64,000 nt of DNA from an uncultured Gemmatimonadales bacterium (GCA_963816355.1 CAWFKH010000004.1:224001-288000); one strand, 5' to 3'. Numbered from the stretch's first letter, positions 13,503-27,621 are shown. Numbers and translations: made by a program. Notes: generated by a model not told the origin, from the sequence alone.

Positions 13503-14128
13503 CGGCGCCTCCGCCGGACCTGCGCCTCGTCGTCATCACCGACCGCGGCCTCGCCCACCCCCGTGACATCCTCGACGTCGTCGCCGCCGCCCTGGCCGCC
13601 GGCGCCCCCGCGATCCAGCTCAGGGACAAAGCCGCCGGCGCGCGCGAGCTCGCCGAGCAGGCCCGCGCTCTGCTCGACCTCACCCGCGCACACGAAGCGC
13701 TGCTCTTCGTCAACGACCGCCTCGATGTCGCCCTCGCGGTCGGTGCCGACGGCGCCCACCTCGGTCCGGACGACCTCCCTGTCGCGGCCGCACGCGCCGT
13801 CGCGCCGCCGCCCTTCCTGCTCGGCTTCTCGACCGACACCGAGCGGGAGGCGCGGCGCGCTGAGCGGGCCGGCGCGGACTACATCGGCTGCGGCGCCGTG
13901 TTCGGAACCACGACGAAGGCGGAAGCGGCCAGCGAGCGCATCGGCGTCGAGCGCCTCGACGAGGTCGCGCGCGCCGTGTCGATTCCCGTGGTCGCCATCG
14001 GCGGCATCACGCCGCGGAACGCCGCGCTCGTCGCCGCGACCGCAGCGGCCGGTATCGCCGTCGTCGGAGCCGTCATGGCGGCGAGCGATCCGTCCGAGAG
14101 CGTGCGGCAGCTCCTTGCGCTGTGGTGA
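13499..14128 (+). CDS. thiE: Thiamine-phosphate synthase
   Basis: IQLRDK, LFVNDRLDVA, GAHLGPDDL, FGTTTK, VAIGGI; ATG 13499 overlaps the mltG stop. Confidence 0.93.
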   Translation: MTAPPPDLRLVVITDRGLAHPRDILDVVAAALAAGAPAIQLRDKAAGARELAEQARALLDLTRAHEALLFVNDRLDVALAVGADGAHLGPDDLPVAAARAVAPPPFLLGFSTDTEREARRAERAGADYIGCGAVFGTTTKAEAASERIGVERLDEVARAVSIPVVAIGGITPRNAALVAATAAAGIAVVGAVMAASDPSESVRQLLALW

Positions 14129-14142
14129 AGCCGGCACGGAGC

Positions 14143-14259
14143 GGCGTGGCGTAGGCGGAGGCGCGTGGGCGGAGGCGGAGAGGCGTGGCGTAGACGGAGG
14201 CGCGTGGGCGGAGGCGGAGAGGCGTGGCGTGGACGGAGGCTCGGGGGTGGAGGCGAGGG
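14143..14259. repeat. About 3 x 39-bp G-rich tandem repeat between thiE and 5S rRNA
   Basis: GGCGTGGCGTAGGCGGAGGCGCGTGGGCGGAGGCGGAGA-like units at 14143, 14182 and 14221. Confidence 0.85.
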
Positions 14260-14280
14260 GCGGGTGGGGTGTGGATGCAG

Positions 14281-14303
14281 GACGCCCCGCGGCGCGGGGC
14301 GTC
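14281..14303. terminator. GC-rich hairpin downstream of 5S rRNA (no U-tract)
   Basis: GACGCCCCGC-GGC-GCGGGGCGTC, a perfect 10-bp stem. Confidence 0.4.
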
Positions 14304-14330
14304 GCGGGGCGTTCGTGCGGGGCCAGAAGG

Positions 14331-14449
14331 GGCCGGCGGCGTCGTACTCTCCCACTCGGTCTCCCGAGCAGTACCATCCGCGCTGCGGGGCTTAACGACC
14401 GTGTTCGGGATGGGAACGGGTGTGTCCCCCGCGCCAGAACCGCCGGCCT
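14331..14449 (-). rRNA. rrf: 5S rRNA
   Basis: Reverse complement contains CACCCGTTCCCATCCCGAACACGG...GATGGTACTG...GTGGGAGAGTA, with a paired terminal GGCCGGCGG stem. Confidence 0.97.
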
Positions 14450-14568
14450 CCAGCCTGCGCCGGCGCCGCTCGTGGCGAGCGCGCCGGCCGATAAGAAAAC
14501 AGGGAGGGGGGAGTGGAGATCGCGCACCGAGCTGCGAGGGCGACGGGCTTCCCATCGTCGGGGAAGCC

Positions 14569-17557
<2,989 letters not shown>

Positions 17558-17769
17558 GACATAGCCCCCCACTCGGCCCCCTTCACCCCACTCGCGTGAA
17601 GCTCCAGTGACCCAGCCAGACACTACGCCCGCCCACCTCGCCTGCTGGCGCTCGATCCCACTCCCCCTCACCCATTCTGTCAATCAGCTCTTCGGCGCGT
17701 CCCGGTGGGACGGAAACGGCGCGAAGCTTCTCGCGCCGTCGGTCACCTCCTGTTGCGCCGCAGCATTCC

Positions 17770-17798
17770 ATTCTAGCTCTCCGCCTACCCCGGGTCAA
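17770..17798 (-). promoter_or_regulatory. sigma70 promoter (P2-like) of the 23S-5S unit
   Basis: Minus strand TTGACC-N17-TAGAAT. Confidence 0.8.
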
Positions 17799-17872
17799 GA
17801 GCCGGTCGCGCCAGCCTCGACCCCGCCGACGCGCCGCAAACGCGCCGGCCGGAGTTGCGGAAAGGGAAGCGA

Positions 17873-17918
17873 AATCTAAACCTCAAGATGGGAGTGTCAA
17901 GAAGATGGGAGTGTCAAG
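17873..17918 (-). promoter_or_regulatory. sigma70 promoter (P1-like) of the 23S-5S unit, with a duplicated -35 box
   Basis: Minus strand TTGACA-N16-TAGATT; 17-bp tandem duplication CTTGACACTCCCATCTT x2 at 17885-17918. Confidence 0.75.
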
Positions 17919-17990
17919 CGCACGCGATCGAGGCTACGCAGCGTTCCTCGGTACGGGCGGGCACGCAATCACGGAGCACGGAGGCGATCC

Positions 17991-19145
17991 TTGGAGCGAG
18001 CGCGGGTGAGCGCCCGGGGCGCGGCGCGGTGGCGGCGCGGACATCCCTGGATCTACCGCAGCGATGTCGTGGAGCCGCCGCGCGGCGGCGCGGGTGCGGT
18101 CGTCGTCGAGCAGGGCCGGCGCGTCCTGGGGACGGCGCTGTGGAGTCCGACGTCGACGATCTCGCTGCGCATGTTGGCGCCGCAGGAGGTGAGCGTCGAT
18201 GTCGAGTTCATGCACGCGCGCCTCGCCGCGGCGCTCGCATATCGTCGCGCGCTCGCCCCGGACGCGACGGCCTGGCGGCTGGTGCACGCGGAGGCGGACG
18301 GGCTGCCGTCGTTGATCGTGGATCGGTACGGCGAGTACCTGGTCGTGCAGATCCTGTCGGCGGGGTTGGAGGCGTACCGCGGGGCGGTCGTCGAAGCGCT
18401 GGTCTCGCTCCTCGATCCGGCGGGCATCCTGGCGCGCAACAATGTGCGGGTGAGGCGGCGGGAAGCGCTTCCGGAGACGATCGAGGTGCTGCGCGGGTCG
18501 GTGCCCGACCGGATCGAGGTGCGCGAAGGGGCCGTGCGCTACCTGGCCGACGTGCGCGGAGGCCAGAAGACCGGTGCCTTCCTGGATCAGCGCGAGAACC
18601 GGCTGCGCGCGGGCTCCCTCGCCGCGGGCCGCGCGCTCGATTGCTTCGCCTACCACGGGTCGTTCGCGCTGCACCTCGCCGCCGCGGCGGACGAGGTCGT
18701 CGCGCTCGATGCGTCCGCGGATGCGCTCGCCCGCGCGGCGGAAAACGCCGCGCTGAACGGATTCACGCGCGTCCGCACCGTCGAGGCGAACGCCTTCGAT
18801 TTCCTGCGCGCGGCGTCGGATGCCGGCGATCGATACGACGTCGTCGTCCTCGATCCGCCGGCGTTCGCGAAGAGCCGCGGCTCGGTGGACGCGGCGCTGC
18901 GGGGTTACAAGGAGATCAATCTGCGAGCGCTGCGGCTGCTCGCGCCGGGAGGCCACCTGCTCACCTTCAGCTGCTCCTACCACATCCCGGAGCCGCTCTT
19001 CCGCGGCATGCTCGAGGACGCGGCGGCGGATGCGGGGCGGCCGGTGCGCTGGATCGAATGGCGAGGACAGGCGGCGGACCACCCGGTGGTCGTTCAGATC
19101 CCCGAGTCGGGATACCTCAAGGGTGCGCTTCTGCAGGCCGTGTGA
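17991..19145 (+). CDS. Class I SAM-dependent rRNA methyltransferase (RlmI/RlmK-like)
   Basis: PUA-like GHPWIY; EADGLPSLIVDRYG; GQKTGAFLDQRENR; VLDPPAF; FSCS. Confidence 0.9.
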   Translation: MERARVSARGAARWRRGHPWIYRSDVVEPPRGGAGAVVVEQGRRVLGTALWSPTSTISLRMLAPQEVSVDVEFMHARLAAALAYRRALAPDATAWRLVHAEADGLPSLIVDRYGEYLVVQILSAGLEAYRGAVVEALVSLLDPAGILARNNVRVRRREALPETIEVLRGSVPDRIEVREGAVRYLADVRGGQKTGAFLDQRENRLRAGSLAAGRALDCFAYHGSFALHLAAAADEVVALDASADALARAAENAALNGFTRVRTVEANAFDFLRAASDAGDRYDVVVLDPPAFAKSRGSVDAALRGYKEINLRALRLLAPGGHLLTFSCSYHIPEPLFRGMLEDAAADAGRPVRWIEWRGQAADHPVVVQIPESGYLKGALLQAV

Positions 19146-19968
19146 GATCCCCGTCGCGCGAGCCCCGAACGATCCCGGCGACGCGGTCCACCGGCACCGC
19201 GAACGCGCCGAGCCGACCGCTCCACTCGCCGTGCCAGTCGGACCCCCCACTGAGGAGGAGCCCGTAGGAGCGGGCCGTCCGCTCGATCCGCGCCACATCG
19301 ACGGCGGACATGCGGGGCCGGTAGCATTCGACGCCGTCCAGCCCCGCGAGCGCGAACCCCTCGATCTCCCGCTCGAGCAGGTGCAGCGGCGGGTGCGCCC
19401 ACACGGCCAGCCCGCCCGCCTCGTGGATCACCGCAATGGCGTCGCGCGGCGAGGCGAGCGCCGTCGGCACGAACGCCGGCGCTTCGTCGGCGAGCCAGCG
19501 GTCGAAGGCTTCCGTCACGCTGCGTACGTGGCCCGCCGCCACCAGCGCCCGTGCGATGTGCGGCCGCCCCGGCGCCCCGGCGCCCGCGTGTTCGATCACC
19601 TCCGCGTACTCCATCCGCACGCCCAGGCCGTCGAGCAGCTCGAGGATCTCCCGCACCCGCTCGTGCCGGCGCACCCCCGCCCGGATCGCGTGGTCGGCCA
19701 ACGCCGGGTGCGAGGCGTCGATGTGATAGCCGAGCACGTGCAGCTCCGCGCCGCCTCGCGTCGTCGACAACTCGACCGCCGGCAGCACGCGTATGCGGCC
19801 CGCCGCCGCGCCCACCGCCGCCTCCACTCCCGCGGTCGTGTCGTGGTCCGCGAGCGCCACGACGTCGAGGCCGCCGGCGATCGCCGCCTCGATTACATCC
19901 GCCGGCGCCAGCGCCCCGTCCGATGCGGTGGAGTGGAGATGCAGGTCCGCGCGGCCGTTCGTCGCCAT
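19117..19968 (-). CDS. PHP-domain protein, YciV/TrpH (RNase AM)-like
   Basis: DLHLHSTASDG, ADHDT, ELHVLGY, GRPHIARALV, AHP, GGSDWHG. Confidence 0.85.
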   Translation of the reverse strand: MATNGRADLHLHSTASDGALAPADVIEAAIAGGLDVVALADHDTTAGVEAAVGAAAGRIRVLPAVELSTTRGGAELHVLGYHIDASHPALADHAIRAGVRRHERVREILELLDGLGVRMEYAEVIEHAGAGAPGRPHIARALVAAGHVRSVTEAFDRWLADEAPAFVPTALASPRDAIAVIHEAGGLAVWAHPPLHLLEREIEGFALAGLDGVECYRPRMSAVDVARIERTARSYGLLLSGGSDWHGEWSGRLGAFAVPVDRVAGIVRGSRDGDLTRPAEAHP

Positions 19969-20021
19969 CGAGTCTCCTCAACCGGAAGCGTCCAGCGACT
20001 CAGCGGGCCGCCGCAACGTCC

Positions 20022-20660
20022 CTAATGTACCTCGACGCGACGGCCGAACGGGAACGCCAGACCGATGCCGAAGCTGTCCGGGTCGCCCAGCGTCGCGGCG
20101 AAACGCAGCTTCACCCCGCTCGTGAACCGCAGGTCCGCGCCGAGGTCCGCCGCAAAATCCAGATCCGTGTTCGTGACGTTCCCCACCGACGCCACGTCCA
20201 GCGCGATCCGCGGCAGCACGTACGGCGTGATGCTCAGCCCGTCGCCCGGCAGCGTCTTGCCGATCGTCACGCCGAACGGGATCCGCACCAGCGTGAAATC
20301 GCTGAAGAACCCCGCCCCCACGCCGAGCACCCAGTCCACGTCCACCGGCGCCGTCGGGCTCCGCAGCAGCGAGCCCCACGTCTCTCCACCCACCGTCACG
20401 AACGTGTGGTTCGCTTCCCCACCTCGGTGCTCCACGCCGCCGATCCCCAGCTCCAGCCCCAGGTTGAGCTGGCCCTCCTGGCGCCAGATCCCCGACAGGC
20501 CCCAGTCCGTCCCGTCCGGCTTCACGAAGTAGACCCCGATGTCCTCGCCCGGCTGCGGCGGCAGGAACATCGGCGCGTCCCACGCCTGCGCCGAGAGTGG
20601 CCCCACCCCCGCCACCAGCGTCGTGCCGAGCAGCGCGAAACCGATCATCCACTTGCGCAT
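20022..20660 (-). CDS. Exported hypothetical protein, probable outer-membrane beta-barrel
   Basis: Signal peptide MRKWMIGFALLGTTLV...SAQA; alternating hydrophobic/Gly beta-strand pattern; GAGGA SD. Confidence 0.65.
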   Translation of the reverse strand: MRKWMIGFALLGTTLVAGVGPLSAQAWDAPMFLPPQPGEDIGVYFVKPDGTDWGLSGIWRQEGQLNLGLELGIGGVEHRGGEANHTFVTVGGETWGSLLRSPTAPVDVDWVLGVGAGFFSDFTLVRIPFGVTIGKTLPGDGLSITPYVLPRIALDVASVGNVTNTDLDFAADLGADLRFTSGVKLRFAATLGDPDSFGIGLAFPFGRRVEVH

Positions 20661-20728
20661 ATCCTCATCCCCTGTCGCGTTGGCCGAGACTGATGCGTTC
20701 GCCTCGTTGCGAACGATCGCCGCGCCTG

Positions 20729-20744
20729 CGCAAGAGAGGGGCCA
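20729..20744 (-). promoter_or_regulatory. Putative sigma54 promoter
   Basis: Minus strand TGGCCCCTCTCTTGCG (GG-N10-GC with TTGC). Confidence 0.55.
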
Positions 20745-20767
20745 TGCCGCGGGGGCGGCGGCGTGGA

Positions 20768-21031
20768 TCAGGCGGGCTCGGCGCTCTCGCTGAGGACGGT
20801 GACGCGATCGTCGGCGACCTGCAGGAAGCCGCCGGCGACGCGGAATCGGCGGGTGGTGCCGGCGTGCTCGACGCGCAGCTCGCCCTCGCCGAGGAGAGCC
20901 ATGAGGGGGGCGTGGCCGCGGAGGATGCCGATCTGGCCGTCCCAGGCGGGGGCGACGATCGTGTCGGCGTCGCCGTCGTAGACGACCTTCTCGGGGCTGA
21001 TGACGGCGACGTGGAGAACGGCTTCGGCCAT
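20768..21031 (-). CDS. atpC: ATP synthase epsilon subunit (short, beta-sandwich only)
   Basis: VISPEK, GQIGILRGHAPL, GGFLQV; 87 aa. Confidence 0.93.
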   Translation of the reverse strand: MAEAVLHVAVISPEKVVYDGDADTIVAPAWDGQIGILRGHAPLMALLGEGELRVEHAGTTRRFRVAGGFLQVADDRVTVLSESAEPA

Positions 21032-21033
21032 GG

Positions 21034-22512
<1,479 letters not shown>

Positions 22513-23379
22513 CTATTCCTGCGCCGCCGCGCCGCCCACGATCTCCGCGATCTCCTGTGTGATCTGTGCCTGCCGCGCCCGGTTGTAGCGGAGCCGGAAG
22601 CGGTCGAGCATGTCCCCGGCGTTGTCGGTCGCGTTCTTCATCGCGGTCCGCCGCGCGCCCTGCTCCGCGGCCGCGGTCTCGACCAGCGCGCGGTAGACGC
22701 TGTTGCGCACGTAGAGCGGCAGGAGCCGCCCGACGATCTCGTCCGCCGACGGCGAGAGGATGTAGTTCATCGCCTTCGCCGCTCCCGCCCCCTCCGGCGG
22801 CTCGACCGGCAGGATCCGCATCACCGCCGGCGGCGTAGAGAGCGCCGAACGGAACTGTGCGTAGATCACGTACACGGCGTCTAGACGGCCGCGCTCGTAG
22901 TCGCGGATCAGATCGTCCACGAGCAGGGCGGCGTGCTCCGCCGTGCGGCGATCCGGGATGTCGGTCCGCTGGGACGCCATCGGGCGGCGCTGGAAGCGGA
23001 AGTAGCCGATTCCCCGCCGCCCCACGACGTGCAACTCCGTCTCGACGCCCTTTGCGTCGAGCCCCTTCAGGAGGCCGCGCGCCTCGCGGATCAGGTTGAC
23101 GTTGAACGCGCCCGCCAGGCCGCGGTTCGACGTCAGCAGCAGGACCGCGGCGCGCTTCGTCTCGGCCGGCCGCCGCAGCAGCGGGAAGCGCTGCCGCAGC
23201 TCCGGGTCGAGCAGGTTGCCGATCACCTCCGCCAGGCGCTCCGAATAGGGCCGCGCGGCGTGCACGATGTCGGTCATCCGCTTCAGCTTCGAGGTGGAGA
23301 CCAGCTCCATCGTGCGCGTGATCTGCCGGATCTTCTCGATCGAATGGATCCGGTCCCGAAGCTCCCGCCCCTTCGCCAT
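22513..23379 (-). CDS. atpG: ATP synthase gamma subunit
   Basis: Start [11 protein letters not shown] at 23379; ITRTMELVS; AMKNATDNA; YNRARQAQITQEIAEI. Confidence 0.97.
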   Translation of the reverse strand: MAKGRELRDRIHSIEKIRQITRTMELVSTSKLKRMTDIVHAARPYSERLAEVIGNLLDPELRQRFPLLRRPAETKRAAVLLLTSNRGLAGAFNVNLIREARGLLKGLDAKGVETELHVVGRRGIGYFRFQRRPMASQRTDIPDRRTAEHAALLVDDLIRDYERGRLDAVYVIYAQFRSALSTPPAVMRILPVEPPEGAGAAKAMNYILSPSADEIVGRLLPLYVRNSVYRALVETAAAEQGARRTAMKNATDNAGDMLDRFRLRYNRARQAQITQEIAEIVGGAAAQE

Positions 23380-25010
23380 CAGGTCACCGGTGCGCCGGCG
23401 TCCGACTCCGACGTCGCGGTCCGGGCGTCGCCGGCGCGCGCGGCCGGGCTCGCCGCATCGCCGTCGGCGCTCCGCTGAGCGTGCTCTGCCGAGTACTCCT
23501 CGATCGCCGCGACCAGCGACTTCTCCAGCGCGTCGGAGAACTTCTTCTGCTCCCGGATCTCGGCGCCGATCTCCGGCCGCCGCTCCTGCATGAATTCGTG
23601 GAAGCCCGCCTCCCACGCGCGCACGCGCGCCGTGGGGACCTGGTCGAGGTAGCCGCGCGTCACGGCGAAGAGGATCATCACCTGCTGCTCCACCCGCATC
23701 GGCTGGTACTGCGGCTGCTTCAGCACCTCGACCGTGCGCTCGCCTCGCGCCAGCTGCCGCTGCGTCGCCGCGTCCAGCTCCGAGCCGAACTGCGCGAACG
23801 CCTCCAACTCGCGGTACTGCGCGAGGTCGAGCCGCAGCCGCCCGGCGACGGTCTTCATCGCCTTGATCTGCGCGTTGCCGCCCACGCGCGAGACCGAGAT
23901 GCCGACGTTCACCGCCGGCCGCACGCCCGCGTAGAACAGGTCCGACTGCAGGAAGATCTGGCCGTCCGTGATCGAGATCACGTTCGTCGGGATGTAGGCC
24001 GAGACGTCGCCCGCCTGCGTCTCCACGATCGGGAGCGCCGTCAACGAGCCGCCGCCCTGCTCGTCCGACAGCTTCGCCGCCCGCTCGAGCAGCCGCGAAT
24101 GCAGATAGAAGACGTCGCCCGGATACGCCTCGCGGCCCGGCGGCCGCCGCAGCACCAGGGAGAGCTGGCGATACGCCTGCGCCTGCTTCGTGAGATCGTC
24201 GTAGACGCAGAGCGTGTGCTTCCCCTGCCACATGAAGTACTCCGCCAGCGCCGTCGCCGCGTACGGCGCGATGTACTGCAGCGGCGCCGGGTCGCTCGCG
24301 TTCGCCGCGACCACGATCGTGTAGTCGAGCGCGCCCCGCTCCCGCAGCGTCTCCACCACGCTCGCCACCTTCCCCGCCCGCTGGCCGATCGCGCAGTAGA
24401 CGCAGACGACATCGCCGCCCTTCTGGTTCACGATCGTGTCCAGCGCGATCGCCGTCTTGCCCGTGCCGCGGTCGCCGATGATCAGCTCCCGCTGGCCGCG
24501 CCCGATCGGGATCATCGAGTCGATCGCCTTCAGACCCGTCTGCATTGGCTCCTTCACCGGCTGCCGCTTCACGATGCCCGGGGCCACGACGTCGATCTGG
24601 CGCCGCTCCGTCGACTCGATCGCGCCCTTGCCGTCCATCGGGCTGCCCAGCGGATCGACGACCCGGCCCAGGTAGCCATCGCCCACCGCGATGTCGAGCA
24701 CCCGGCCCGTCCGGCGGACCACGTCGCCCTCCTGGAGCGCCGTCCAGTCGCCCAGCACGACGGCGCCGATGTTGTCCTCCTCGAGATTCAACGCCAGGGC
24801 GCTCACCACCTCGCCCGACCGCGACGACGTGATCTCGAGCATCTCGCTCGACATCGCGCGCGTGAGTCCGTAGATCCGCGCGACGCCGTCCTTCACCTCC
24901 AGCACCTCGCCGACCTCTTCGACCTGAAGCTCCTCCTCGTACCGCTCGATCTCTTCGAGAAGGACGGTCTTGATCTCGCTCGGTCGCAGGTGCGTCTCCG
25001 TGCTCGCCAT
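23379..25010 (-). CDS. atpA: ATP synthase alpha subunit
   Basis: [38 protein letters not shown]. Confidence 0.99.
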   Translation of the reverse strand: MASTETHLRPSEIKTVLLEEIERYEEELQVEEVGEVLEVKDGVARIYGLTRAMSSEMLEITSSRSGEVVSALALNLEEDNIGAVVLGDWTALQEGDVVRRTGRVLDIAVGDGYLGRVVDPLGSPMDGKGAIESTERRQIDVVAPGIVKRQPVKEPMQTGLKAIDSMIPIGRGQRELIIGDRGTGKTAIALDTIVNQKGGDVVCVYCAIGQRAGKVASVVETLRERGALDYTIVVAANASDPAPLQYIAPYAATALAEYFMWQGKHTLCVYDDLTKQAQAYRQLSLVLRRPPGREAYPGDVFYLHSRLLERAAKLSDEQGGGSLTALPIVETQAGDVSAYIPTNVISITDGQIFLQSDLFYAGVRPAVNVGISVSRVGGNAQIKAMKTVAGRLRLDLAQYRELEAFAQFGSELDAATQRQLARGERTVEVLKQPQYQPMRVEQQVMILFAVTRGYLDQVPTARVRAWEAGFHEFMQERRPEIGAEIREQKKFSDALEKSLVAAIEEYSAEHAQRSADGDAASPAARAGDARTATSESDAGAPVT

Positions 25011-25023
25011 TGGTCGATCCCGT

Positions 25024-25599
25024 TCAGGCTGAGTCTCCGACGAGCGTCTCGCTCGGCAGCTTCCTCTCCAGCATGCGACGCCGCAGCCCGCGCAGGCGGC
25101 GCCTCAACGATCCATCCAGCACGCGGTCGCCGAAGCGGACCACGATCCCGCCCAGGATCGCGGGGTCGACGCGCACCGCCGGCAGCACCCGCTTCCCCAG
25201 CAGCCGCGTCAGCTCGCCCGCGATCTCCTCCTCCATGCGCTCGTCCGGCTCGTGGGCGAGCGTCACCTCCGCCCGCACCAGCCCCTCCGCCTCGTCCAGC
25301 AGGGCGCGGTACTCGCGCGCGATCGCCGGCAACAGCCGCTGGCGACGCTTGTCCAGCACGATCAACACGAAGTTCAGGAAGAGCTGCGGAACGCGTCCCT
25401 CCAGGGCGCGCCGCAGGACCTGCTTCTTCGTGTCCAGATCCACGGCGGGAGACTCCAGGAAGACCCGCACCCGCGGGTCCGACTCCAGCACCTCCGAGAG
25501 CGCCGCCATCCCGTCCGCGAATGCCGCCCGCGCGCCATGCCGCTCGCCGAGCTCCAGCAGCGCCTCGGCGTAGCTGCGGCTCACCGTCGCCTCACGCAC
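25024..25599 (-). CDS. atpH: ATP synthase delta subunit
   Basis: [21 protein letters not shown]; operon position. Confidence 0.95.
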   Translation of the reverse strand: MREATVSRSYAEALLELGERHGARAAFADGMAALSEVLESDPRVRVFLESPAVDLDTKKQVLRRALEGRVPQLFLNFVLIVLDKRRQRLLPAIAREYRALLDEAEGLVRAEVTLAHEPDERMEEEIAGELTRLLGKRVLPAVRVDPAILGGIVVRFGDRVLDGSLRRRLRGLRRRMLERKLPSETLVGDSA

Positions 25600-26161
25600 C
25601 CCGCTCGGCTCCCGCGCCGCTCTCGCGCGCCGTGATGTCCGCGAGATAGCCCGTCACCAGGCGGCGGTCCTCCTCGTCCCCGAGGCGACGCTGCACCAGG
25701 CGCGACGCCGCCGCGAGCGAGATCTCCACCGCTTCGCGCCGCACCGCCTCGACGGCCTTCTCGCGCTCCGTGTCGATCTCCTCCCGCGCGCGCACCAGCA
25801 GATGCTCCTGCTCCTGCCGCGCCTGCTGCAACATCTCCTGCCGCACGCGCTCCGCGGCCTGCTTCCCCTCCGCCAGGATCTGCTGCACCTGCTGCCGCGC
25901 CTCGGCCAGATCGCGCCGCTGCCGCTCCAGCAGCTCCGACGCTTCGTCGCGCGTGCGCCGCGCCTCGTCCAGGCTCTCCTGGATGCGCTGCTCACGCGCC
26001 TCCGCGTAGCCCAGGATCGGCGGGAACGCGTAGCGCGCCAGCACGATCAGCAACGCGAAGAAGATGACCAGCGTCCAGAACGAGGTGCCCATGCTCAGGT
26101 TGAAGACCTGCGGCGCCTCCTCCGCGGTCCCCGCCTGCAGCACCATCCCCAAGAGATTCAT
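25592..26161 (-). CDS. atpF: ATP synthase b subunit
   Basis: FWTLVIFFALLIVLARYAFPPI TM helix followed by a long coiled coil. Confidence 0.95.
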   Translation of the reverse strand: MNLLGMVLQAGTAEEAPQVFNLSMGTSFWTLVIFFALLIVLARYAFPPILGYAEAREQRIQESLDEARRTRDEASELLERQRRDLAEARQQVQQILAEGKQAAERVRQEMLQQARQEQEHLLVRAREEIDTEREKAVEAVRREAVEISLAAASRLVQRRLGDEEDRRLVTGYLADITARESGAGAERGA

Positions 26162-26234
26162 TCCGCCTTCCTGTCCGTGCCCTCGCCCGTGGCCGGGGGC
26201 GTTCGCCGCCCCCCAGCCGCCCGCCGATCGCCAG

Positions 26235-26501
26235 CTACACGAGGAATGCGATCACGACCGCGAACAGCGCCACGCCCTCGACGAGGGCCGCCAGGATGAT
26301 CGCGCCCGTCTGGATGTTGCCGAGGATCTCCGGCTGCCGCGCCATCGCTTCCGTCATCGGGCCGCCGATGCGGCCGATCCCGATGCCGGCGCCGATCGCC
26401 GCCAGCCCCGCTCCCACGCTCTTCCCGGCCAGCGCCATGAAGCTGCGCGCCGCCTCGGGGTTCGCCGCCACGTTCTCCTGAATCATCCCCAGGATCGTCA
26501 T
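26235..26501 (-). CDS. atpE: ATP synthase c subunit
   Basis: GAGIGIG, ARQPE, ALVEGVALF (ion-binding Glu without the Na+-type ES/T signature, so probably H+-coupled); start MTILGM at 26501. Confidence 0.95.
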   Translation of the reverse strand: MTILGMIQENVAANPEAARSFMALAGKSVGAGLAAIGAGIGIGRIGGPMTEAMARQPEILGNIQTGAIILAALVEGVALFAVVIAFLV

Positions 26502-26736
26502 CTCGCGTCTCTCCGTTGGTCTTGAGGGATTCTCGGGATCCGCCCCCCGCACGGCCGCCGACCGGACCCTCCTGCCGATCGACTCCATGGAACCGCTTCC
26601 CGGCCGCGCCGCGGCCCGCGGTCTTCCCCGGCCAGGCCGGGTACGTTACGACGAGGCGCTGGAGACTCCACCCCTCGAAGGCGCGCCGCTTCGGACGGAC
26701 GCGCTCGCCCTGCCTCCACCCGCTGCCGCGGGTCGC

Positions 26737-27621
26737 CTAGTGCGCGTGCCGGATCAGCCCGATGAAGACCGCCGACAGCATCGCGAAGATGTACGCCTGC
26801 AGGAATCCCACGAAGATCTCCAGCATCATGATCGCGATCGCCATGATCAGCGGCGCCGGCGCGACCCACAGCGCGCTCGACAGACCCGCCACCACCAGCA
26901 GCCCGGTGAGCGCAAGTACCACCGCGTGCCCCGCCATCATGTTGGCGTACAGCCGCACCGTCAGCGCGAACGGCTTCGTCAACTTCCCCGCGAACTCGAT
27001 CGGCGTCATCACCACGAGCAGCAGGCCTCGCCCCACCGGGTGCAGCCCCTCCGGCGCGTAGAAGATCGTCTTCAGGTACCCCCGCGGGCCCAGCTCGAGC
27101 ATCCCCGCCACCTCGACCACCACGAACGTCACCGCCGCCAGCGCGGCCGTCACCGAGACGTTCCCCGTCGGCGTCGCGCCCCACGGCAGCAGACCGAGCA
27201 GATTGCAGATCAGGATGAAGAAGAAGAACGTCGTGATCAGCGGCGCGAACTTCTCGCCGCCGTGGCCGATGTTCGCCATCACCACTTCGTCCCGCAGGAA
27301 GAGCACGGACGCTTCCAGAACGTTCGTCGTCCCCTTCGGCCCCCGCTCCGCCCCCGCCGCGTGCTCCCGCCGCGCCGCGCGACCCGCGCTGATCAGCAGC
27401 ACCGCCACCAGCACCGCCGCGATCAGCATGAACAGCACATGCTTCGTGATCGACAGGTCCACCACGTACGACCCGATCTGGACCTTCCACACCGGCAGGC
27501 GCACCACGCCGAACGGCGTCTCCCACTCGTGGGCATCCGCCAGATGGTGCATGATCATCGACGTGATGTCGAAGCCGCCCCCCTCCGACGCCCCACCCTG
27601 CAGCGCGATCGCTCCCAGCAT
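26737..27621 (-). CDS. atpB: ATP synthase a subunit
   Basis: NLLGLLPW, KPFALTVRLYANMMAGH, LQAYIFAML; start MLGAIAL at 27621. Confidence 0.96.
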   Translation of the reverse strand: MLGAIALQGGASEGGGFDITSMIMHHLADAHEWETPFGVVRLPVWKVQIGSYVVDLSITKHVLFMLIAAVLVAVLLISAGRAARREHAAGAERGPKGTTNVLEASVLFLRDEVVMANIGHGGEKFAPLITTFFFFILICNLLGLLPWGATPTGNVSVTAALAAVTFVVVEVAGMLELGPRGYLKTIFYAPEGLHPVGRGLLLVVMTPIEFAGKLTKPFALTVRLYANMMAGHAVVLALTGLLVVAGLSSALWVAPAPLIMAIAIMMLEIFVGFLQAYIFAMLSAVFIGLIRHAH

